From Patescibacteria group bacterium (GTDB lineage: Bacteria > Patescibacteriota > Microgenomatia > UBA8517), in contig JAOAEL010000005.1 of NCBI GenBank assembly GCA_026416845.1, forward strand, positions 229 to 64,228: a stretch of DNA of 64,000 nucleotides, written 5' to 3'. This document shows, in pieces, positions 56,553 through 64,000 of the stretch. Position numbers and translations under genes: made by a program. The notes under the pieces are model-generated. The model had not been told where the DNA came from and ran no database searches. It saw only the letters and a list, made by a program, of their open reading frames with translations. Position 1 is the first letter of the stretch, and every line of letters begins with the position of its first letter.

Positions 56553-58589
56553 ATGAACACGCAAGAAACATTATCTATTTTTTATTGGTATCTAACACTT
56601 CTTGGTATTGGCTTGATAAGTCTGCCTTTTACTTTTTTATTGTTTAATAAATTCACTTCAAAAGGATATGCGTTTACCAAAACAGTTGGAATAATATTAA
56701 CAAGTTACATATGCTTTTTGCTAACAAGTTATAAATTGCTGTCCTTTGATAAACTGTCAGCTTTTTTTGCAATATTTCTATGGATTTTGATAAATGTATT
56801 CATTTTTTATAAAGCACACAAAAATATTAAGAAAACGATTCAAAGTTCTATTTTTTCAATTTTTTTAATTGAACTTTTGTTTCTTGCAAGTTTTATATCT
56901 TGGACAATTGTTAGATCTTATCAACCATCCATTGAGGGACTAGAAAAATTCATGGATTTTGGTTTCGTAAACAGCACACTGCGATCCGAATACTTGCCAC
57001 CAAAAGATATGTGGCTCTCTGGGCATACAATAAACTACTACTGGTATGGTCATTATGTTACTGCATTTTTGATCAAAATCTCGGGAATCAATTCCGGCAT
57101 TGGATATAACTTAATGCTTGCGACAATATTTGGTCTTTCACTTACGGGAATTTTTAACATTGTATCAACACTCATAAAAAAAACAGGAATTGCAACTAAA
57201 AGAAAAATTTTCCTAGGAGGCATAATATCCGCGCTTGGAGTAGTCTTAGCAGGAAATTTTCACACTCCATATATTCTTTGGAAAAATAACTTTGAAAATT
57301 ATTGGTATCCGGACGCCACAAGATTTATAGGTTACAATCCTGAAACAAATGATAAAACCATTCACGAATTTCCACTTTATTCATTTGTAGTGTCAGACCT
57401 GCATGCTCATTTGATAAATCTTCCTTTTGCAATTTTATACATCGCTCTATTGGCTCGTTTTTTGTTAGAAAAAGATTCTTATTCCAATATCAAAATTTTT
57501 GTGCCACTGGGATTTGTTTTGGGAATTATGTTTATGACAAATTCATGGGATTTTGGCAATTATGCTATTACAACAGCCTGCGTAATTGGACTTGTCAGTT
57601 TGTTTAAAGAAGGTATAAATCTAAAATTGATTTCAAAGATAGTCATGAATGCTGTGATAACAATAATAACAGCACTGATTGTAACCTTTCCATTTTTGAC
57701 AAATTTTGAATCAATTGCGCAAGGTGTAGATTTTGTTAAAGCACAAACACCCCTCTGGCAACTTTTGATTCTATGGGGATACCCGCTTTGTATTACTTTA
57801 ATATTTTTAACCACATTAATCCTTAAACAAGAAAAAACAAACAAAGTAGATGTATTTGTAATTGCTCTACTTACCGCGGGTTGGATTTTGATACTTCTGC
57901 CAGAAATCATATATGTAAAAGATATATATGGGCCTGATCATCATCGAGCAAATACTATGTTTAAACTAACCTATCAAGCATTTGTGCTTTTTTATTTATC
58001 CTCTGGATATGTGTTTATAAGAGTAATTGCTCTTCAGAAATCATTATTAGTCAAGTTAACTCTTAGCTTTCTAATTACAATTCTTATTGCTTTAGTATTT
58101 ATATACCCTTACCATGCAATCAAAACATATTACAATGACTTCAAAAAACAATCTTCATTACGCGGAGACAACTGGCTAAAGGAGGAAGATCCAGAGTCTT
58201 ACTACTTAATTGAGTGGATAAACAAAAATTTAAAAGATAAGAATGCTATCCTATTGGAAGCATCAGGCGATAGCTACACTAAATACAATGTTGTTTCAGC
58301 ATATACAGGAATACCAACAGTTTTGGGATGGTTCGTACATCAATGGCTCTGGCGTGGATCACCTCTTATTCCGCAACAAAGAGCAAACGACATCCGAGAA
58401 ATATACGTAACATCTGACACACAAAAAGCAAAAACACTTCTGAACAAATACGCAGTCACACACGTAATTGTCAGCATTAAAGAAAGAGAAAGATACATAA
58501 ATGTAATGGAAGAAAAATTTGAAATTTTGGGAGAAAAAATATACGAAAACGGCAATACTTCTTTATATAAAATAACCAAAAGCCTGTAA
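56553..58589 (+). CDS. DUF2298 / Chlor_Arch_YYY-type GT-C-like membrane protein
   Basis: EKFMDFGF, PPKDMWLSG..INYYWYG, IHEFP.YSF..SDLHAH, RANTMFK, SAYTGIPTVLGW..HQWLWR. ATG 56553. Confidence 0.8.
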   Translation: MNTQETLSIFYWYLTLLGIGLISLPFTFLLFNKFTSKGYAFTKTVGIILTSYICFLLTSYKLLSFDKLSAFFAIFLWILINVFIFYKAHKNIKKTIQSSIFSIFLIELLFLASFISWTIVRSYQPSIEGLEKFMDFGFVNSTLRSEYLPPKDMWLSGHTINYYWYGHYVTAFLIKISGINSGIGYNLMLATIFGLSLTGIFNIVSTLIKKTGIATKRKIFLGGIISALGVVLAGNFHTPYILWKNNFENYWYPDATRFIGYNPETNDKTIHEFPLYSFVVSDLHAHLINLPFAILYIALLARFLLEKDSYSNIKIFVPLGFVLGIMFMTNSWDFGNYAITTACVIGLVSLFKEGINLKLISKIVMNAVITIITALIVTFPFLTNFESIAQGVDFVKAQTPLWQLLILWGYPLCITLIFLTTLILKQEKTNKVDVFVIALLTAGWILILLPEIIYVKDIYGPDHHRANTMFKLTYQAFVLFYLSSGYVFIRVIALQKSLLVKLTLSFLITILIALVFIYPYHAIKTYYNDFKKQSSLRGDNWLKEEDPESYYLIEWINKNLKDKNAILLEASGDSYTKYNVVSAYTGIPTVLGWFVHQWLWRGSPLIPQQRANDIREIYVTSDTQKAKTLLNKYAVTHVIVSIKERERYINVMEEKFEILGEKIYENGNTSLYKITKSL

Positions 58590-58591
58590 CT

Positions 58592-59764
58592 TTAATTTTT
58601 TGAATACAAAATAGAATCAACCCATTCTTGAACTTTCTGCCAGTTGCCACCAACAGGCAAGATAACATATAAGTTGTCATATTTAGGCGAGTAATTTGGA
58701 ACAAATAGAAAATCTTGCGGAATTACATAACTTTTAGATATGCCTTTGTTGTCATACAAACGTCTTGCGACAATAGCCAGCCCAGACAAAGGAATATCCG
58801 TCTGCACCACAGATAAAACTGTTTCTTTTATTTCAATTAATTTATTTTTGGAAAAGAGAATTTCTTTGGTAAGAATTTTTTTTATAAACGCATCTATCAC
58901 TAATTGTTGACGAGCGCCTCTTGCAAAGTCAGTTCCTTCTTCTCCTTTGGCATATCTAGACCTTGCAAACTTTAAAGCCATTTCCCCATCCATGTGTGTT
59001 AAACCCTTTTCAAATTTAATTGTCTCATGTCTGCATGACAAAGTAGGATCTCCCCCGCACAAGTCGTTTTCACGGCCCGGAATCGGGAAATGATTATCAG
59101 TAAATGAATTTGCCACCTCAACTTCTATGCCACCAACCACATCTATCAATTTCTTAAAACCTGAAAAATCCACCAAAGCATAGTATTGTATTTTCTCTCC
59201 AACTATTCCTGAAACCACTGATTTGACCAAATATATTCCACCTCCTTGCTCTTTATCATTTCCTTGCATATAAACGCTATTGATTTTCCCTCTAAGATCA
59301 GTAATCCAGATATCACGAGGTATCGATATTAATACAATGGAAGAATCAGAATGATTTATAGACATAAAAATAATTGTGTCTGTTAATTCAGGGGCATCAT
59401 GGCCTTCGCCACCTTTTCCTAAAATCAAAACATTTGTCCTACCTTCGGTGGACAGTATCTTATGAGGAGGTGTCGTTAGAAAATCTACAAACAGGGAAGA
59501 ATAAAATGGAATTTGAAAACGTACCAAAGTTTTTTGAACAAAAATAAATGAAAAATATAAAACCAAAATAAAAGTGCTAACAAACAAAATTTTAATCCAA
59601 ATTATGTTTTTCAAAAAAACTTTTTTCAATCGTAAAATAAAAAATGATTTATCCTTAAATACAAAATTCTGTTTTTTGTTTTTATCTTTAGAAAAACCTA
59701 AATCTTTATTTAATCCAATGCGAGATTTGCTATGAACAATCAGTTTATCTTTTTTCTTTGACAT
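58592..59764 (-). CDS. LytR-CpsA-Psr (LCP) family wall-glycopolymer ligase
   Basis: TM, NVLILG, LTDTIIF, SIPRD, KINS, VDFSGF, ARSR, DFARGARQQ. Confidence 0.93.
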   Translation of the reverse strand: MSKKKDKLIVHSKSRIGLNKDLGFSKDKNKKQNFVFKDKSFFILRLKKVFLKNIIWIKILFVSTFILVLYFSFIFVQKTLVRFQIPFYSSLFVDFLTTPPHKILSTEGRTNVLILGKGGEGHDAPELTDTIIFMSINHSDSSIVLISIPRDIWITDLRGKINSVYMQGNDKEQGGGIYLVKSVVSGIVGEKIQYYALVDFSGFKKLIDVVGGIEVEVANSFTDNHFPIPGRENDLCGGDPTLSCRHETIKFEKGLTHMDGEMALKFARSRYAKGEEGTDFARGARQQLVIDAFIKKILTKEILFSKNKLIEIKETVLSVVQTDIPLSGLAIVARRLYDNKGISKSYVIPQDFLFVPNYSPKYDNLYVILPVGGNWQKVQEWVDSILYSKN

Positions 59765-59793
59765 AGTAATCTAGATTGTACTTGATTTAAATA

Positions 59794-61656
59794 ATGACAA
59801 ACAACTTAATCCAAAATCTAAACAATGAACAAATTCAAGCAGTAACATACGAAGGACAACATCTTCTGGTCCTGGCAGGAGCGGGTAGTGGGAAAACCAA
59901 AGTTCTTACACACCGAGCAGCATGGTTTGTGAGCGAAAAAAAAGTCAATCCAAATAACATCCTCTTGCTTACTTTCACCAACAAAGCCGCTGATGAAATG
60001 AAACAAAGAATTGTCTCAATAGTTGGAACATATCCTTTTTTTGCTGGAACATTCCACTCGTTTTGCGCAAAAGTGCTAAGGAAAAACGGCAGGTTAATTG
60101 GAATATCGCCTAATTTTCTAATCTATGACGAAGACGATCAAAAAGATGCAATAAAAGAAATTTTGGAAAACCTAAAAATTTTAAACGATTCTTACAAACC
60201 AAGTTCAATTGCGACAGCTATATCCGACGCCAAGAATCAAATGATTAAGCCTATTGAATATGCAGAGTTTGCTTATGGAGACTGGCAAGAAACAATCTCC
60301 AAAGTATATTTGGCATATGAAAACTATCTCAAAAACGCAATGGCTTTAGATTTTGACGATCTTTTAATAAAAACTGTTGAACTTTTTGAAAACTACCCTA
60401 ACATATTATCCAAGTGGCAGGAACAATTGACAAACATTTTGATCGATGAATGGCAAGACACAAATAAAATTCAATACAAAATAGTTAAAATTTTGGCAGG
60501 AAATCAAACTAATTTGACAGCAGTAGGCGATCCAAGCCAATCAATTTATAGTTGGAGAGGAGCCGATTATCGCAATATCAACTATCTTATCAAAGATTTT
60601 CCAAGTATAAATATTATCAATCTAGAACAAAACTATAGATCAACAGAAACAATTCTAAAAGCGGCAAACAAAATCATTAAAAAAAACACATCTCACAGGG
60701 TGCTTGAACTCTGGACAAACAAAGGCAAAGGAGAAAAAATAAAAGTTTACTGCGCGACAAATGAACTGGATGAAGCAAAATATATTACAAATCAAATCAG
60801 ACAACTTTCAAAAGAAGGTATAAAATATGGAGAAATTGCAATCCTGTATAGAACAAATGCGCAATCGCGAGTTTTAGAAGAAGCCTTTTTGCACGCTAAT
60901 TTACCATACACTCTAATTGGCGGAATAAGATTTTACTCAAGAAAAGAAATAAAAGATATTCTTTCTTATCTAAGAATTCTGGCAAACGATCAAGATAGCG
61001 TGTCTCAGAAAAGAGTGGAAAAATTAGGCAAAAGAGCTTATCAAAAATTTTTAGCTTACAAAAACCAAAATTTTGAAAAGATAAATCAACTAACAACAAT
61101 ACAACTCCTAGACGATGTTATTTACACAACTAACTATTTATCAAAATTTGCTCGCGACACACAAGAAAACATCCAAAGACTGGAAAACATTAAGGAACTT
61201 AGATCAGTGGCAACAGAGTTTCCAAATCTATTTGATTTCCTCGAAAGTGTTTCTTTAATTGAAGCGCAACAGGAAGCAACAAATTTCGATGAACATCTTT
61301 TGAAAAACAAAGTTAATTTAATGACGCTCCACGCGGCAAAAGGACTTGAATTTGAAGTTGTTTTTATTGTTGGGATGGAAGAAGGAATATTTCCACACTC
61401 AAAATCTATCTTTGACTCAGGAGAGATTGAAGAAGAAAGACGACTTGCGTACGTTGGGATAACACGAGCCAAAAGCAAACTTTATTTATCTTACGCTTTA
61501 AAAAGACTTTTCTTTGGACAAAAGCAATCTAATCCGCCTTCAAGATTTCTTACGGACATCCCCGAAAATCTGCTGGAAAGCATAAATATTACAAACACTA
61601 ACAATTATCAGAATCTAACTAAAACAGAGGACTATTGGGACAGTAATGAATTTTAA
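59794..61656 (+). CDS. pcrA: UvrD/PcrA SF1 helicase (shortened 2B subdomain, no C-terminal domain)
   Basis: AGAGSGKT, TFTNKAA, DEWQDTN, VGDPSQSIYSWRGA, MTLHAAKGLEF, EEERRLAYVGITRA. Confidence 0.95.
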   Translation: MTNNLIQNLNNEQIQAVTYEGQHLLVLAGAGSGKTKVLTHRAAWFVSEKKVNPNNILLLTFTNKAADEMKQRIVSIVGTYPFFAGTFHSFCAKVLRKNGRLIGISPNFLIYDEDDQKDAIKEILENLKILNDSYKPSSIATAISDAKNQMIKPIEYAEFAYGDWQETISKVYLAYENYLKNAMALDFDDLLIKTVELFENYPNILSKWQEQLTNILIDEWQDTNKIQYKIVKILAGNQTNLTAVGDPSQSIYSWRGADYRNINYLIKDFPSINIINLEQNYRSTETILKAANKIIKKNTSHRVLELWTNKGKGEKIKVYCATNELDEAKYITNQIRQLSKEGIKYGEIAILYRTNAQSRVLEEAFLHANLPYTLIGGIRFYSRKEIKDILSYLRILANDQDSVSQKRVEKLGKRAYQKFLAYKNQNFEKINQLTTIQLLDDVIYTTNYLSKFARDTQENIQRLENIKELRSVATEFPNLFDFLESVSLIEAQQEATNFDEHLLKNKVNLMTLHAAKGLEFEVVFIVGMEEGIFPHSKSIFDSGEIEEERRLAYVGITRAKSKLYLSYALKRLFFGQKQSNPPSRFLTDIPENLLESINITNTNNYQNLTKTEDYWDSNEF

Positions 61657-61719
61657 TTAAAAATAAATATCTAAATAAAATAACCAATAAAAAAATAACT
61701 AAAATTAAAAATTGATTAA

Positions 61720-62700
61720 ATGAAAAATCTAAAAAATTTAAACAAAAACAAATTTAACAAAATTGCAACTCACCCGGTACAATCTTGGGAATGGGGAGAA
61801 TTTAGAAAAAAATGGGGGAATGAAGTAATAAGATTTTCTTTTGGACAAATCACTTTGCACAAAATCCCCTTTACACCATATAAAATCGCAGTTTTTAGCA
61901 AAGGACCAAAACCCACATTAACAATGCTTAGAGAATTAAAAGACTACGCTGTCAAAAACAATGTCATATTTGTAAAACTTGAACCAAATGTAATAAAAAA
62001 TAAAAGCGATATAAAACTTCTAAAAAATTTTGAAGCAGTTCACGGAAAAACACTTTTCACTCCAAGCACTTTTTGGATTGATTTAACTAAATCAGAAGAA
62101 GAATTGCTAAAAAGTTTCCATCCGAAAACTAGATATAACATCAGACTTGCACAAAAAAAAGGAGTACTAGTAAAAGAAGACTCAAGTCAAGATGCCTTCG
62201 AAAAATACTGGGAATTAATGGAGGAAACAACCAAACGGCAAGGATTTTATGCGCACACAAAAAGGTATCACCAACTAATGTGGCAAACACTTAGTCAAGC
62301 AGGCATTGCTCATTTGCTAACTGCTACTTATAAAAAAGAAATAATAGCCGCTTGGATTTTGTTTGTTTGGAAAGATTTTCTATACTATCCATACGGCGCA
62401 TCAAGCGAAAAGCACAAAAACGCAATGGCATCAAATCTGATGATGTGGGAAGCAATCAGATACGGTAAAAAATTGGGTCTAAAAAAATTTGATCTTTGGG
62501 GAAAAGAAGAAGGTAAAGGATTTACAAAATTTAAAGAAGGTTACAATCCACAAGTGGTAGAATTCATAGGAACATGGGACTTGCCAACATCTTGGCTTTA
62601 CATGCCATATACGATTGCAGAAAAGATAAGATGGTGGATATTAAAGATATTAAAGAAAAGTAGTTTTAAAAAATCAATTTTCCAGCAAGTTAAAATTTGA
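61720..62700 (+). CDS. FemABX-family peptidoglycan-bridge aminoacyltransferase
   Basis: QSWEWG, KTRYNIRLA.KKGV, YYPYGAS, FDLWG, GFTKFKEGY. Confidence 0.9.
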   Translation: MKNLKNLNKNKFNKIATHPVQSWEWGEFRKKWGNEVIRFSFGQITLHKIPFTPYKIAVFSKGPKPTLTMLRELKDYAVKNNVIFVKLEPNVIKNKSDIKLLKNFEAVHGKTLFTPSTFWIDLTKSEEELLKSFHPKTRYNIRLAQKKGVLVKEDSSQDAFEKYWELMEETTKRQGFYAHTKRYHQLMWQTLSQAGIAHLLTATYKKEIIAAWILFVWKDFLYYPYGASSEKHKNAMASNLMMWEAIRYGKKLGLKKFDLWGKEEGKGFTKFKEGYNPQVVEFIGTWDLPTSWLYMPYTIAEKIRWWILKILKKSSFKKSIFQQVKI

Positions 62701-62707
62701 AAATAGA

Positions 62708-63565
62708 ATGTTGCAAATGGATCTTAGACAAACAAAAGAATACGCACAATATATTAAAGCACTTGGTTGGGAAATCAAAAAAATAAACAAAATTAAAATC
62801 TACCTACGTAAAATTTTAATTGCAAAGATAATGAAAATACAAAGACCAAAAAAAATTAAACAAAAAGATATTAAATTAATTGAATCCATTGCAAAAAAAG
62901 AAAAAGCATTCCAAATAATCATAGAGCCTTCAGAATTTTCCGATGTGCCAATTCTAATGAAACATGGTTATAAACAAACACATCCTTTTGTGCCATCTAA
63001 AACCATAGAAATTGATGTCAAAAAATCGGAACAAGAACTCCTAAAAGAAATGTCCCAAAAAACACGCTATAACATAAAAATTGCAATAAGAAATGGAGTC
63101 AAAGTAGAAAATTCAAAGAACATCAAAGATTTTGTGAGTTTTTGGAACAAATGCTCAATAGCAAGAAAAAATTTCCCACAAACTAAAGAAATAAACGCAT
63201 TGTATAATTCTTTTAGAAACAATGCCACTATACTTTTCGCTTATCAAAATTCAATTAATAAAAATACTGACGAAAAAACAAAAATAATTGCGGCGGTATT
63301 GTTAATTCACAGCAAAAACATTTCATATTACATGTATGCGGCTTCCTCTAAAAAAGGGAAAAAACTATTTGCTCCAACTCTTTTGGTTTGGGAGGCGATA
63401 AAAATATCTAAAAAGAGAGGTTGCGAACTTTTTGATTTTGAAGGAATATATGATGAAAGATTTCCATTGCCTGCTTGGCGTGGATTTACAAAATTTAAAT
63501 TGGGATTTGGAGGCAAAATAAAAGAATACCCCGGAGCATTTACCAAACTGAGGATACCTTTATAA
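62708..63565 (+). CDS. Second FemABX-family aminoacyltransferase
   Basis: KTRYNIKIA, YYMYAAS, APTLLVWEAI, FDFEG, GFTKFKLGFGG. Confidence 0.88.
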   Translation: MLQMDLRQTKEYAQYIKALGWEIKKINKIKIYLRKILIAKIMKIQRPKKIKQKDIKLIESIAKKEKAFQIIIEPSEFSDVPILMKHGYKQTHPFVPSKTIEIDVKKSEQELLKEMSQKTRYNIKIAIRNGVKVENSKNIKDFVSFWNKCSIARKNFPQTKEINALYNSFRNNATILFAYQNSINKNTDEKTKIIAAVLLIHSKNISYYMYAASSKKGKKLFAPTLLVWEAIKISKKRGCELFDFEGIYDERFPLPAWRGFTKFKLGFGGKIKEYPGAFTKLRIPL

Positions 63566-63652
63566 TTATAATATAAAATAAAATTAACTAATTTTCGTAT
63601 AACAATTTATAATTGTAATCGAGCAATAATAATTTACAAAACGATAAAAAAC

Positions 63653-64000
63653 ATGAAAAGCAAAGCACAGTTAATAAAAGTTATCTTAATTTTGATCGTA
63701 TTGATTTTCATCATTGCTTTTTGTTATTACTTATACTCCAATTCAAAAGCAACACAAAAATATTCAGAAACAAAAAACCTATCACAAGAAAACCAATTCG
63801 GGAAAATAGAAGGCTCTTTAATTCCACCTAAAGATGTTCCTATTATAGAAATGTTAGTATGCGCAAAGGAAATTACAAAACAAACTAGTTACTGCACAGC
63901 GGAATTTATTGAAGATCAAAAGTATAAGAATGGAATTGGGTATGTATTAGAACTTCCAATCGGTAAGTATCATGTTTACTCAATTTATTCTTTAGACAAT
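63653..64000 (+). CDS. Membrane-anchored hypothetical protein (runs off the window edge)
   Basis: Not in the ORF track. Open from ATG 63653: MKSKAQLIKVILILIVLIFIIAFLLLLILNSK...GKIEGSLIPP...VCAKEI...YCT...LELPIGKYHVY. Confidence 0.75.
   Translation, partial: MKSKAQLIKVILILIVLIFIIAFCYYLYSNSKATQKYSETKNLSQENQFGKIEGSLIPPKDVPIIEMLVCAKEITKQTSYCTAEFIEDQKYKNGIGYVLELPIGKYHVYSIYSLDN

Noticed and set aside
1-64000. tRNA, rRNA, tmRNA, introns, inteins, IS elements
   Set aside because: Intergenic gaps are short and AT-rich with no cloverleaf or T-loop signatures; core genes show no intein or intron-sized interruptions; no transposase motifs were seen.

Overview
A 64 kb, AT-rich, gene-dense bacterial chromosome segment using the standard code (TGA is a stop). 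It contains no rRNA, tRNA, CRISPR array, IS element or prophage. Gene content and protein minimalism (short IF2 and AlaRS, no rimP/rbfA/truB around nusA-infB, sortase, FemABX, PilN/PilO, GT-C membrane proteins, few Shine-Dalgarno motifs) suggest a Patescibacteria/CPR organism, probably Microgenomates-like; this is an inference. Positions 1-50072 are almost all minus strand and read, in transcription order: murJ, hrcA-grpE-dnaK-dnaJ (two CIRCE sites), an alpha-2-macroglobulin plus a frameshifted Memo-like gene, nusA-infB-degenerate DHH protein, a BNR-repeat protein, rpsO-pnp-Lon-like ATPase-UDG-RNase J, ftsK-RodZ-like, alaS-[actin-like/baseplate-J membrane protein]-sortase-ruvX-mltG, rpoBC-rpsL-rpsG-fusA-tuf-rpsJ, a divergent GT2/polysaccharide deacetylase pair, then rplC. 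Positions 50275-64000 are mostly plus strand: rpsT, pilN-pilO-like genes, surface proteins including a Thr/Pro-rich LPDAG protein, two GT-C-like membrane proteins, LCP, PcrA and two FemABX genes. The most unusual signals are: (1) an EF-G in which both guanine-specificity motifs are rewritten (G4 NKLN, G5 GGDNR); (2) an actin-like-TM-baseplate-J fusion next to a sortase; (3) a Lon AAA+ module with no protease domain; (4) a candidate surface-glycoprotein assembly locus; (5) an S10 operon split by exopolysaccharide genes, with a separate attenuator-like leader for rplC. All family calls come from motif recognition by eye, not database searches.
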